Below, in pieces: positions 48,034 to 57,080 of a DNA stretch of 64,000 nucleotides. Every line of letters begins with the position of its first letter. The first letter of the stretch is position 1. A program made the translations under genes and the position numbers. The stretch lies in contig CAMYJD010000021.1 in assembly GCA_947258655.1 (NCBI GenBank), positions 8,476 to 72,475 of the forward strand, given 5' to 3'. This DNA is from an uncultured Gammaproteobacteria bacterium (GTDB lineage Bacteria; Pseudomonadota; Gammaproteobacteria; JAADHQ01). The notes under the pieces are model-generated. The model was not told the origin of the DNA, did no database searches, and was given only the letters and a program-made list of their open reading frames with translations.

Positions 48034-49515
48034 ATGCCCATCCGTGGACTCAAGCTGTTTAAAATCCGTGGTGGTGTTCATCCGAATGCCAACAAGGATG
48101 CTACGCATGATAAACCCATAACAGATTTACCGATACCGGAATTACTGCGAATCCCGCTGCTTCAGCATATTGGCAGCCCCGCTGAACCTGTTGTAAAACG
48201 CGGTGAACATGTTCTGAAAGGACAGCTACTGGCACGTCCCCAGGGCGTTATATCGGCACCCGTGCATGCACCCACCTCAGGAAGAATCATCTCTATTGGT
48301 AAATTTCAGGCGCCCCATCCTTCCGGGCTCCCGGTCATGACGATAACACTGAAATCCGATGGCAAGGATGAATGGGTTGACAGCGATGCAGTGACGGATC
48401 CGTTTGACATGGAACCCGCAGAGATCGCCGAGAAGGTATCGGATGCCGGCATTGTCGGGATGGGTGGTGCTACTTTTCCGTCCGCAGTAAAACTGGGGCT
48501 CGGCAATAGATACCAGCTGGAGAAACTGATCATCAATGGTGCTGAATGCGAACCCTATCTGACCTGTGATGACAGGTTAATGCAGGAATCTGCTGACGAA
48601 ATAATTGATGGCATTCGCATCATGATCCATACATTGGGTGTCAAGGAAGCGATCATTGCCATCGAAAAAAACAAACCCGGAGCAATCAATGCCATCAGTG
48701 TAGCTGCAGCTGATTATCCTGAAATCAAGGTCATCGGTGTGCCGGTTCAATACCCGATGGGATCTGAAAAACACCTTACCCAGACACTGACAGGTAAAGA
48801 GACACCTGCCAGAGCACTGACTGCCGATCTGGGTATTGTTGTACACAATGTAGCGACTGCCTATGCCATCCATCAGGCACTGAGACAATCGAAGCCCCTG
48901 TTGTCCAGAATTGTGACAGTCACCGGAGGCGCGATCAGTAAACCAGGTAATTTTCGCGCCTTGATCGGTACGCCAGTATCACATTTTATCGAACATTGCG
49001 GTGGACTGACTGAAGAGCCAGCAAAATTATTGCTGGGTGGACCAATGATGGGCCAACCCCTCCCCAGTACCAAGGCACCCATTATCAAGGGTAGCGGCGG
49101 CATACTGGCCCTGACTGAGAAAGAGCTCAGGTTGAAAAATCCTTCACCCTGTATACGTTGCGCCAGTTGCGTCAATGTCTGCCCATGTGGACTGCTTCCA
49201 CTTGAAATGGCTTCACATGCCAGGGCAGGTGATCTGGAAGGCGCTGCCGATTTCGGTTTGATGGATTGTATTTCCTGCGGCTCATGTTCCTATGTTTGTC
49301 CATCTCATATACCGCTGGTGCAATATTTCAATTATGCCAAGGGCGCGTTGACTGAAAAACAACGGGCACAGCATAAGCAGGAAGAGATAAAGCGATTGAT
49401 TGCTGCACGCGCTGAACGCATGGAAAAACAGAAACAGGCGAAACGGGAAGCCATGGCCCGTCGAAAAGCAGAAATGGCTGAAAAAAAGAAACAACAGTCT
49501 GAGGCCAGTGCATGA
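48034..49515 (+). CDS. rnfC: Rnf complex subunit C
   Basis: 493 aa. GMGGATFP, CIRCASCVNVCP, CISCGSCSYVCP and a Lys/Glu-rich tail. Confidence 0.95.
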   Translation: MPIRGLKLFKIRGGVHPNANKDATHDKPITDLPIPELLRIPLLQHIGSPAEPVVKRGEHVLKGQLLARPQGVISAPVHAPTSGRIISIGKFQAPHPSGLPVMTITLKSDGKDEWVDSDAVTDPFDMEPAEIAEKVSDAGIVGMGGATFPSAVKLGLGNRYQLEKLIINGAECEPYLTCDDRLMQESADEIIDGIRIMIHTLGVKEAIIAIEKNKPGAINAISVAAADYPEIKVIGVPVQYPMGSEKHLTQTLTGKETPARALTADLGIVVHNVATAYAIHQALRQSKPLLSRIVTVTGGAISKPGNFRALIGTPVSHFIEHCGGLTEEPAKLLLGGPMMGQPLPSTKAPIIKGSGGILALTEKELRLKNPSPCIRCASCVNVCPCGLLPLEMASHARAGDLEGAADFGLMDCISCGSCSYVCPSHIPLVQYFNYAKGALTEKQRAQHKQEEIKRLIAARAERMEKQKQAKREAMARRKAEMAEKKKQQSEASA

Positions 49516-50600
49516 AGAGCATAAATCCCGTCGGCGGACCCTTTACGCATGACAGGGTCAGTGTTGGTAAAACCATGTCACTGGTGATGCTTGCCCTGCT
49601 TCCGGCTACCTTTTTCGGCTTTTATCTGTATGGCTGGCCGGCAATATTCCTGTTCTCGGTCACTGTGCTGGCGGCATTACTTGCCGAAGCCGGTAGTCTT
49701 TACATAGCAGGAAAACCTGTTCGACCCTTTCTGTTAGATGGTTCGGCAATACTGACAGGCTGGTTACTCGCGATGACCTTGCCTCCCTGGGCTCCATGGT
49801 GGATTGGTGTAGTCGGTGCTTTCCTGGCGATTATTGTCGGCAAACATGTATTTGGGGGCATAGGTCAAAACCTGTTCAATCCGGCAATGGTTGCCAGAGT
49901 CGCCCTGTTGATTTCATTTCCGCTGGAAATGACATTATGGATCAGTCCACAGCCATTGATGGCCACAGGTTCGCCAGGATTTTTCGAATCGCTGCTGATC
50001 ACTTTTTCCAACAGTTTCCATATCGACAGTGTGAGCAGTGCCTCTGTACTCAGTCATATCAAGACCGAACTCAGTCGTGATATACCATTGGAGCAAACGC
50101 TCGATTCTACCTATGGTCTTATACCTTCGGTGCTGGGGATTACAGCGGGTAGTATGGGTGAAACTTCATCAATATTTATCTTGGCAGGCGGTCTGTTTCT
50201 GCTGATGAAGAGAATTATTTCCTGGCATATCCCGTTTTCTATGATAATGACGATAGCCGTCATTTCAACACTGTTTAACTGGTATGATCCATCCCGTTAT
50301 GCCGGCGCAAGTATTCACTTATTCAGTGGCGCGTCAATGCTAGGCGCATTTTTCATTGCCACTGACCTGGTAACATCGCCAGTCACTCGATTGGGACAAA
50401 TTATCTTTGGTATTGGTTGCGGATTACTGGTCTACACGATCCGCACCTGGGCTGCCTATCCGGAAGGTATGGGTTTTGCGGTTTTACTGATGAACGCAGT
50501 CACTCCACTCATTGATCATTATATTCGGCCACGAATCTATGGTCGTGACGGAAAAGGAAAGCCCGTACAGTATCCTGAAAATATTGGAGCCGAAAAGTGA
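49512..50600 (+). CDS. rnfD: Rnf complex subunit D
   Basis: 362-aa polytopic membrane protein. FNPAMVARV and ATDLVTSPVT (FMN attachment region). Confidence 0.93.
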   Translation: MKSINPVGGPFTHDRVSVGKTMSLVMLALLPATFFGFYLYGWPAIFLFSVTVLAALLAEAGSLYIAGKPVRPFLLDGSAILTGWLLAMTLPPWAPWWIGVVGAFLAIIVGKHVFGGIGQNLFNPAMVARVALLISFPLEMTLWISPQPLMATGSPGFFESLLITFSNSFHIDSVSSASVLSHIKTELSRDIPLEQTLDSTYGLIPSVLGITAGSMGETSSIFILAGGLFLLMKRIISWHIPFSMIMTIAVISTLFNWYDPSRYAGASIHLFSGASMLGAFFIATDLVTSPVTRLGQIIFGIGCGLLVYTIRTWAAYPEGMGFAVLLMNAVTPLIDHYIRPRIYGRDGKGKPVQYPENIGAEK

Positions 50601-51280
50601 CTGAAGAATCCACGCCAGGATATAAAAATAATGTCAGTTACCAGGCACTGCTGCTTGGTGGATTCGCCCTGCTGTCTGCAGTCCTTTTAATCTTTGGCAA
50701 TGTATCCACGAAGGATGTCATTCAAAAGATGTTACTGGAAGACACTCGCAAATCGGTTAACCATGTAATTCCCGGAAATATTCATGATAACAATTTACTC
50801 GAGGACAAGATCAGCATCAAATACAAGAATCAGGAGATTATGGTGTATCGTGCAAAGCTGAAAAACACTGTCAGCGCTGTTGCCTTCCAGGTAAGCGGCC
50901 AGGGATATGGTGGCCGGATCCTGCTGATACTGGGTGTTAAAGCCGATGGCAATATTCTTGGTGTACGTGTACTTTCACATGCCGAAACTCCCGGACTGGG
51001 AGACAAGATAGAAGCAAACAGGGACCCATGGATCTACTCATTCAATGGCCTGTCACTGGAAAACACCCCCATGTCTGACTGGGCAGTCAAAAAAGATGGT
51101 GGCAGGTTTGACCAGTTCAGCGGTGCAACAATCACCCCGCGCGCAGTCGTGAATGCAATAAAATCCGGTCTGCTATTTTTCAGGGAAAACCGCGATACGT
51201 TGATTAAAGAAGATACTGCAGGTAAACCCGCAACAAGCAAGGGTAAACATAAACAGAGCCCGGCAGGAGAAGTATCATGA
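50597..51280 (+). CDS. rnfG: Rnf complex subunit G
   Basis: 227 aa with a GTG start. HAETPGLGDKIE and FSGATITPRAV (covalent FMN motif). Confidence 0.9.
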   Translation: MTEESTPGYKNNVSYQALLLGGFALLSAVLLIFGNVSTKDVIQKMLLEDTRKSVNHVIPGNIHDNNLLEDKISIKYKNQEIMVYRAKLKNTVSAVAFQVSGQGYGGRILLILGVKADGNILGVRVLSHAETPGLGDKIEANRDPWIYSFNGLSLENTPMSDWAVKKDGGRFDQFSGATITPRAVVNAIKSGLLFFRENRDTLIKEDTAGKPATSKGKHKQSPAGEVS

Positions 51281-51969
51281 GTAACGGATACAGAACACTG
51301 ATGCGTGAAGGCATGTGGACCAATAATGTCGTATTTTCGCAAATGCTGGCCTTATGCCCGTTACTGGCTGTAACCGGGACCGCAACCAATGGCCTGGGGA
51401 TGGGTCTTGCCTCAACATTTGTTATGGTCTTATCCGGTTTTTCCGTGGCCCTGTTCCGAAATATCATCACGCCTGAAGTCCGCATACCGGTTTTTGTATT
51501 GATCATTGCCACCCTGGTCACATTGGTGGATATGGGCATGAACGCATGGCTGCATGATCTGCACAAGGTACTCGGACTGTTCATTCCGCTGATAGTGACA
51601 AACTGCGCCATACTGGGCAGGGCTGAATCCTATGCTTCGCGTAATTCTGTAATATCATCCACATTTGATGGCCTGATGATGGGGCTTGGTTTCACATTTG
51701 CACTTGTTACACTGGGCGTGGTTCGGGAGATCATTGGTAGTGGCACTCTTTTTGCCAATGCATCCCTTCTGCTTGGAGATGTCTTTTCATTTCTGGAGCT
51801 TACCCTTATCCAGGACTACAAGGGGTTTCTGTTAATGATACTTCCACCCGGCGGATTTCTTGCGTTGGGTTTTTTACTTGCGGGAAAACGTCTACTGGAC
51901 AGGAGGATTGAAGACCTGTCTACAGCCACAAGTTCAGCAAGCCTGGAAACAAATGCAGTGACAAACTGA
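51277..51969 (+). CDS. rnfE: Rnf complex subunit E
   Basis: 230 aa. NNVVFSQMLALCPLLAVT and PLIVTNCAILGRAE. Confidence 0.93.
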   Translation: MSNGYRTLMREGMWTNNVVFSQMLALCPLLAVTGTATNGLGMGLASTFVMVLSGFSVALFRNIITPEVRIPVFVLIIATLVTLVDMGMNAWLHDLHKVLGLFIPLIVTNCAILGRAESYASRNSVISSTFDGLMMGLGFTFALVTLGVVREIIGSGTLFANASLLLGDVFSFLELTLIQDYKGFLLMILPPGGFLALGFLLAGKRLLDRRIEDLSTATSSASLETNAVTN

Positions 51970-51983
51970 ACAGGTGAAAATAT

Positions 51984-52244
51984 ATGAACGTTGGAATTGC
52001 GTACGCGAATAAAACTAAACAAATCTGGATGAAACTGGAAGTGCCAGATGGCAGCACAGTCCAACAGGCTATTGAGTTATCAGGTGTACTTGAACGATTC
52101 CCGGAAATAGACCTGCAAACACAAAAAGTGGGTATTTTCGGCAAGCTGACAAAACTCGATTCCGTACTGGAAAATGGCAATCGCGTAGAGATATACAGAC
52201 CCATCACTGCCGATCCTGAAACCGCTGAAAGGCGAGATAGATAA
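51984..52244 (+). CDS. rnfH: RnfH family ubiquitin-like protein
   Basis: 86 aa. V.IAYA........L.VP.G.TV..AI..SG; GIFGK......L..G.RVEIYRP. Confidence 0.85.
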   Translation: MNVGIAYANKTKQIWMKLEVPDGSTVQQAIELSGVLERFPEIDLQTQKVGIFGKLTKLDSVLENGNRVEIYRPITADPETAERRDR

Positions 52245-52410
52245 AACCTGTAATATCTGAACCAATCCAGTATATATTTTTTAATTTATTATAATTGTTA
52301 TTAAATAGCAAAAGTAAATCACAGTTAATACCGCATATGGAATGAAGCTTTCCAACTCAGCAACTGACACGACATCCCGGTACGAAAAACAACATAATAA
52401 AATATACAAT

Positions 52411-52426
52411 TGTCACATTAGGAACA
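52411..52426. promoter_or_regulatory. NifA-type UAS
   Basis: TGTCACATTAGGAACA, 65-80 nt upstream of the -24 at 52491. Confidence 0.55.
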
Positions 52427-52490
52427 TTCCAGATTCACAAGCATCCATTTTTTGTCTAGTTATTTCAGGTGCTTATTAGATTTATCAACA

Positions 52491-52506
52491 TGGCATGTGG
52501 TTTGCT
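52491..52506 (+). promoter_or_regulatory. Sigma-54 promoter (TGGCAT-N5-TTGCT) of the rhd-grx-bolA-nafY operon
   Basis: CATGGCATGTGGTTTGCTTA. It lies inside the 52469 ORF extension, which favours the ATG at 52544. Confidence 0.65.
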
Positions 52507-52543
52507 TATACATAGTTCAATAGATAAACAATGGTATTGCAAC

Positions 52544-53308
52544 ATGGCGTATAAAAACTTACCCGCAAACCACGTAACTGACTTCCTGAGCAACGATGGA
52601 GTCACTGTACTGGATATGCGTGATGAACATAGTTTTAAATCAGGCCATCTTGATGGTTCACTAACTGCTAGTGATGCCAATATGAAAAGCTTGATCAAAT
52701 CCGGAAAACATGACCTACCCACCCTGATTTATTGCTACCACGGAAACAGCAGCCGCGATCTTGCGAGTTTTTTCGTTGCGCTGGGATTTTCACAGGTATA
52801 TAACCTGGAGGGTGGCTGGGAGGCATGGAAAAAGTATCAGCAATTGGAAACCTTGATCATCCAGAATAACGATATAAACCGCTGGATACAAAAACACGGT
52901 TTTGACGCCAACAACCTGAACAACAGAATTGAAAATGGAATGTCGCCCATTATGACAGCAGTCATCGAAGGTAATATAAAGATACTGCAAATACTGATTG
53001 AAAATAATGCTGATCTAAATCTGCTTAATGATGATGAAAATAATGCCTTGTGGTTTGCCTGTTTCAAAGAAGACATGACAAGCATTGATATACTGATTAA
53101 ACACGGAATTAATATCGATCATCAGAATATAAACGCTGCTACCGCGCTTATATACGCTGCCTCTGCGGGTAAATATACAGTCGTAGAAGCCCTGATTACT
53201 GCAGGTGCTGATATCAACAAAGCCACACTGGATGGCTTTAATGCACTGGACAGCGCAGCTACTCTGCCAATTCTTAAACTCCTGAAACCACTGACTGCCG
53301 CGGCATAA
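52544..53308 (+). CDS. Rhodanese (RhdN-like) fused to ankyrin repeats
   Basis: N-terminal single rhodanese domain with active-site loop CYHGNSS. C-terminal ~150 aa has 4 ankyrin-like repeats (MSPIMTAVIEGN..ILQILIENNADLN..; ..ALWFAC......ID.LIKHG.NID; ATALIYAASAGK..VVEALI.AGADIN). Confidence 0.8.
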   Translation: MAYKNLPANHVTDFLSNDGVTVLDMRDEHSFKSGHLDGSLTASDANMKSLIKSGKHDLPTLIYCYHGNSSRDLASFFVALGFSQVYNLEGGWEAWKKYQQLETLIIQNNDINRWIQKHGFDANNLNNRIENGMSPIMTAVIEGNIKILQILIENNADLNLLNDDENNALWFACFKEDMTSIDILIKHGINIDHQNINAATALIYAASAGKYTVVEALITAGADINKATLDGFNALDSAATLPILKLLKPLTAAA

Positions 53309-53330
53309 CTATTCCTTTAGGACATGTACT

Positions 53331-53645
53331 ATGAATACTGAAGATAAGATAAGACAACAACTGGCCGAGAATCCCGTCATCCTTTACATGAAAGGAACAC
53401 CAGACATGCCCAGTTGCGGTTTTTCTGCAAAAGCAGTAGCTGCGCTTAAATCAACGGACATTGATTTCGCCTATGTTAATGTACTTGCCTCTCCCTTCAT
53501 CATGGAAAAGCTTCCTGATGTCTCCGATTTCCCAACCTTTCCACAATTGTTTATCAAAGGTGAAATTATTGGCGGCAGCGACATCGTCGAGGAAATGCTG
53601 GCAAATGGCGAACTGCTTCCAATGTTGGAATCTGCAACCGCCTGA
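53331..53645 (+). CDS. Monothiol glutaredoxin (Grx4/Grx5-nif type)
   Basis: 104 aa. V.LYMKGTPDMPSCGFS active site; PQLFI.GE.IGG.DI. Confidence 0.92.
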   Translation: MNTEDKIRQQLAENPVILYMKGTPDMPSCGFSAKAVAALKSTDIDFAYVNVLASPFIMEKLPDVSDFPTFPQLFIKGEIIGGSDIVEEMLANGELLPMLESATA

Positions 53646-53657
53646 GAGAGGTGAACC

Positions 53658-53924
53658 ATGCACGAGAATGAAATCATTGCCAGAATTACAGCTCTTTATC
53701 CGGAAGCCGTCATTGATCTTTCAGGAGAAGACTGCTCCTTTGAGCTTTACATCATCAGCAAACAGTTCGAAGGCATGAATACGCTACAACGCCAGCAATC
53801 TATTCTATCAATATTCAAGAATGAACTGGCCAGTGGCAAATTACATGCACTGTCAATCAAAGCCATGACACCGGAGCAACAATCAAGCCAGTCTGGTGCT
53901 GGTCTGGTACACATTACTTTATGA
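53658..53924 (+). CDS. BolA-family protein
   Basis: 88 aa. F.L.IIS..FEG...L.RQQ.I......EL..G.LHALSIKA.TP.E. Confidence 0.8.
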   Translation: MHENEIIARITALYPEAVIDLSGEDCSFELYIISKQFEGMNTLQRQQSILSIFKNELASGKLHALSIKAMTPEQQSSQSGAGLVHITL

Positions 53925-53931
53925 GGTCAAT

Positions 53932-54663
53932 ATGGCAGAGCTAAACCTGGAACGCGATACAGCTCTGAGAATAGCGCTTGCCGCGCGCATTCTACCGGAT
54001 ATCGATATCGCACAATTAATTGATGTCCTGGATGAAACGCTGGGGCGGCCACTCAGTATTGAAAAGCTCTCACGCATCACCGTCACTGATCTGAAAACCG
54101 GCCTTGGCAGCCTTGATGGTGAAGAGGACGCCGAGGACATCGGGATTGGCCTTGATCCGATGAAGAACGCGGTCAGGATACTCTGGGGCGAAAGTGAGGG
54201 AGAAGACGACCTACCCATACCCGAGGCATACATTGATGGTGACATACCCGACTCGATCAGGGTTGCCATTGCCTCTAACAGTACAGATAATCTCGATGGC
54301 CACTTCGGCTCCTGTTTACGCTTTCTGATTTATCAGGTATCCAGTGAAGAATATCAGCTTATTGATATTCGTTCAGCTGCTGCAGCGGAATTAAGTGATG
54401 ACCGCAATGCATTCAGGGCCAGCCTGATCAATGATTGTCAGATCGTATATATTGTATCAGTCGGCGGCCCAGCCGCAGCAAAAATTATTCGCGCGGGTGT
54501 TTATCCTATCAAGAAAATCGATGGGGGTAGCGCAGAAGATGCGCTTAAGGAATTACAGCCGGTAATGGTTAATTCCCCTCCTCCCTGGCTTGCAAAGATT
54601 CTCGGAATCTCTGAAAAAAAACGTCTGAAAAATTACCAGGGTAATGAATTCATGGAAGAATAA
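53932..54663 (+). CDS. nafY: NafY/NifY-type FeMo-co carrier, second paralogue
   Basis: 243 aa from MAELNL, with GAGG upstream. ALRIALAARILPDIDI..LIDVLDE N-domain and HFGSCLRFLIYQV NifX-like domain. Confidence 0.85.
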   Translation: MAELNLERDTALRIALAARILPDIDIAQLIDVLDETLGRPLSIEKLSRITVTDLKTGLGSLDGEEDAEDIGIGLDPMKNAVRILWGESEGEDDLPIPEAYIDGDIPDSIRVAIASNSTDNLDGHFGSCLRFLIYQVSSEEYQLIDIRSAAAAELSDDRNAFRASLINDCQIVYIVSVGGPAAAKIIRAGVYPIKKIDGGSAEDALKELQPVMVNSPPPWLAKILGISEKKRLKNYQGNEFMEE

Positions 54664-54666
54664 AAA

Positions 54667-54825
54667 TCAGGCCCGATAACCTTCGTACTCATGGTTATCT
54701 TCAATCATCAACTTGATCAGCTTGGGGTGAACAAAGAGCTTCTCTTTTCCTGACTGAATCTCTTTTAATACACCAATGTCACATAACTGCTTTAAATATG
54801 TTGAAGCTGTCTGCATGGGATCCAT
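54667..54825 (-). pseudogene. Remnant of a Fic-family protein C-terminal winged-helix region
   Basis: My hand translation of the minus strand gives MDPMQTASTYLKQLCDIGVLKEIQSGKEKLFVHPKLIKLMIEDNHEYEGYRA*. The QTAS.YLK.L...GVL.E...G.EKLF..P.L..L pattern is typical of Fic-protein C-termini. Upstream frames carry stops and frameshifts, and no Fic HPFxxGNGR core is present. Confidence 0.4.
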
Positions 54826-55093
54826 CTATGCCATGGGCGGGATGATTCACTTCCAGTTCTATGATTATTTTCTAGTTGCCCTGGCGGTATTGATCTATGG
54901 ATTGATTGTTGTTCGACCTGATATCGATGTGAGACGTTCAATCTACCTACTATCAAAGTGAGTTATAAGCGAGATGGAACGGCCTAGATGGTCTGGAAAA
55001 TCGATTTGAATAGTACAACTGTTATTTTATAGTAAAAGCTTATATAGCATGTGGTTATTCATGCTATGTAAGTTACTAAAAATGCAAGAGATT

Positions 55094-55201
55094 ATGGCGC
55101 GCCCGGCACGATTATTCGCTTCACTCACCCCTTCGGGGTCGCCGTCGCAAGCTCCGGCGATCTTCGCAGCAGAGCCGCTTGTCGAACGTATTTCTAATAT
55201 A
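55094..55201 (+). repeat. 108-nt structured repeat, copy A
   Basis: 102/108 identical to 56964-57071, in direct orientation. It contains ACCCC-UUCG-GGGU and UCGCCG-N10-CGGCGA hairpins. The 5' 20 nt is shared with copy B. Confidence 0.85.
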
Positions 55202-55243
55202 TACGTCGCACGTTCGAACCGAGCCACAGGACGCAGATCAAAT

Positions 55244-55276
55244 AAAAAGGCCCACCGAATGGTGAGCCTTTTTATT
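55244..55276. terminator. Bidirectional intrinsic terminator-like hairpin
   Basis: AAAAAGGCCCACC-gaat-GGTGAGCCTTTTT: 8-bp stem with one mismatch, an A-run before and a T-run after. Confidence 0.6.
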
Positions 55277-55282
55277 TGATAT

Positions 55283-55302
55283 ATGGCGCGCCCGGCACGA
55301 TT
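55283..55302 (+). repeat. Partial copy B: 20-nt 5' segment of the repeat
   Basis: ATGGCGCGCCCGGCACGATT is identical to the first 20 nt of copies A and C. The following ~100 nt differ but carry inverted matches to the copy A region (55348-55366 vs 55205-55223, 17/19). Confidence 0.8.
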
Positions 55303-55553
55303 TGCTGGAGCGAAGCGTAAGTACACCTGATGAAGTCCGCAGGGATTCTAGGTGCGAACGTGCGACCGCCTGGTTCGTAGTCGAACTGCCTAAATTATTT
55401 AACCATTTGATATTTATTAATATTTTACTAACATTTTGTACTATAAAATCGATAGTCGTATATTGATAAGTCATTGAATTATAATGAATCAGTTTATTTG
55501 AATAGTACAAATTACATCGACCAAAGTAGTGATCCATTTACAGCTATCGTATG

Positions 55554-56252
55554 TTAGATTTGTTCCGACCATGAACTCATAAGTTTCAGATTATTCTCTA
55601 TCGCACTTGCCGATTCAGGGTTGTTGAGTAAGCCCGGTAACACATTCAAGAAATCGTCATTTAATAGCGTTTTGGCTTGTTCTGAAAAGAACTCTTTTAA
55701 ATCGCTCGTGCAATCCATTAATTCAATCATTAATCGCTTCCTGTTTTCTAACACAAAAACGATATCTTCCAGATCATGACTGAAAAAATCACCTTCACCA
55801 CGTCCAGCGTATGCTTCGAATTTTGTCGCGATAAAATAGGCGGGACTGACGACCCGTATCTTTATACCGCTGGGTAAAGCAACCTCACTCGCTTCTGCAA
55901 TTGCAGCTTTGTACCAACGATTCGAAAAACCTAATATATTCTCGTCAATTGGCATATCATCAAGCTTGACTCTTCCAATGTTTGTATCAATAAGCCAGCG
56001 ACAAACCGGACCGTTAGTATCTACACGAAAACCAAGTTCACGCAATTTTTGCGAAAAACTATGATACTGTGCCAGGGTTGTTACATCGACTATAACGTCA
56101 ACGTCTTCAGTTTTCCGAATCCCATGATGCGCTGCTTCGTCCACAAATAACACCGTAGTACTCCCACCAACGAACGTAACACTTGGTAAAAGCTCACCTA
56201 GCGAAGAAGCAATCGCTTCTAGTTGCATGATATTAACTTCCTTGTTTCTCAT
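55554..56252 (-). CDS. Nucleotidyltransferase-fold protein, AbiEii-like toxin candidate
   Basis: 232 aa. The GGS-X19-DVD motif with RKTEDVDV resembles the GG...R.T.D[IL]D signature of AbiEii/DUF1814 NTases. ATGA overlap with the upstream wHTH gene. Confidence 0.6.
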   Translation of the reverse strand: MRNKEVNIMQLEAIASSLGELLPSVTFVGGSTTVLFVDEAAHHGIRKTEDVDVIVDVTTLAQYHSFSQKLRELGFRVDTNGPVCRWLIDTNIGRVKLDDMPIDENILGFSNRWYKAAIAEASEVALPSGIKIRVVSPAYFIATKFEAYAGRGEGDFFSHDLEDIVFVLENRKRLMIELMDCTSDLKEFFSEQAKTLLNDDFLNVLPGLLNNPESASAIENNLKLMSSWSEQI

Positions 56253-56773
56253 TCTTTTCCTTTAATTAAACTGGTTAACATTTCTCTCGCTATTTTCAAT
56301 TCTCTGGGTCTACCACCACGGATAGCTTCAAGTAATGACATAACACGATACACATTTTCATCATGGCTTGCTGCAAAAGGCACTGAATCATGTATCGGCG
56401 AGATTAAGGCTCCATCATACTCTCCACCCGGTACCGACCATACAAATGGAGGACTCGGCGGAACAACTTCACTTTCGAGCACAGGACAATTCCATGAGGT
56501 GGCCATACCTCTACCATAACCAATACTCTCCTGGGGATAAGCATAACGAACGCCATAGCAAAGCCATTCCGACAAGGCCCCTGATTCAGCAAAGATATCA
56601 CCAGAACGTTCAACAAGCAGCTTAGATGCAATTAATCGTTTAGTGCCTTTACTAACCTCACTAGCGCTTATACCAATCACTTCTGCCAGATTACGGACAC
56701 TACTTTCCTGCTTATCCCGTCTAAGAGACCAGTACTTGATAGCGATTAAAGTATCTTGTCGTTTTAGCTCCAT
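56249..56773 (-). CDS. Winged-helix regulator, AbiEi-like antitoxin candidate
   Basis: 174 aa. N-terminal wHTH (SVRNLAEVIGISASEVSKGTKRLIASKLL) plus a ~100-aa C-terminal domain. Confidence 0.55.
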   Translation of the reverse strand: MELKRQDTLIAIKYWSLRRDKQESSVRNLAEVIGISASEVSKGTKRLIASKLLVERSGDIFAESGALSEWLCYGVRYAYPQESIGYGRGMATSWNCPVLESEVVPPSPPFVWSVPGGEYDGALISPIHDSVPFAASHDENVYRVMSLLEAIRGGRPRELKIAREMLTSLIKGKE

Positions 56774-56963
56774 ATAATTGTTTCCTATTTCGAAACAAGA
56801 AACATATTAGGTCATAACAAATCATATTGTCAACTATGTGCACAAAACTAAGTGGGGATAAAAAAACGAGTGACTTTAATTCAATAGTACAATGAATAGT
56901 ACAGAAAAAGTAAAAAAGCAGCTACCGATCATCTCAATAACTGCTTGATTTAATATAGATTAA

Positions 56964-57071
56964 ATGGCGCGCCCGGCACGATTATTCGCTTCGCTCACCC
57001 CTTCGGGGTCGTCGTCGCAAGCTCCGACGATCTACGCAACAGAGCTGCTTGTCGAACGTATTTCTAATATA
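56964..57071 (+). repeat. 108-nt structured repeat, copy C
   Basis: Direct repeat of 55094-55201 with 6 substitutions. Two of them (C->T at 57012, G->A at 57027) are the two partners of one base pair in the 6-bp stem. Confidence 0.85.
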
Positions 57072-57080
57072 GGTAATAAC

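Noticed and set aside
54776-54961. 61-aa + strand ORF next to the Fic remnant.
   Set aside because: It is antisense to the decayed Fic-like sequence and has no RBS or motif. It is likely spurious.
55321-55366. Hammerhead-like core: CUGAUGA at 55327-55333 followed by an AGUCC-GCAG-GGAUU hairpin in partial repeat B.
   Set aside because: The GAAA element does not follow stem II at the required position, and no stem I/III arrangement with a cleavage triplet could be drawn. The CACCT...AGGTG pairing gives a different fold.
55027-55537. Three ORF-track ORFs (55027-55326 -, 55049-55279 +, 55238-55537 -) covering the repeat region.
   Set aside because: They run through the 108-nt repeats and terminator hairpins on both strands. 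They have low-complexity translations and no RBS, and the sequence conservation between copies A and C ignores their reading frames. They are best explained as non-coding.
55094-57071. Interpretation of the repeats as integron attC sites (a gene-cassette array), or as tRNA genes.
   Set aside because: There are no RYYYAAC / GTTRRRY core sites at the ends, and the ends are not inverted copies of each other. The tRNA-like part is only about 17-20 nt (acceptor 3' strand + CCA), with no T-loop (GTTCRANYC) or matching 5' acceptor strand.
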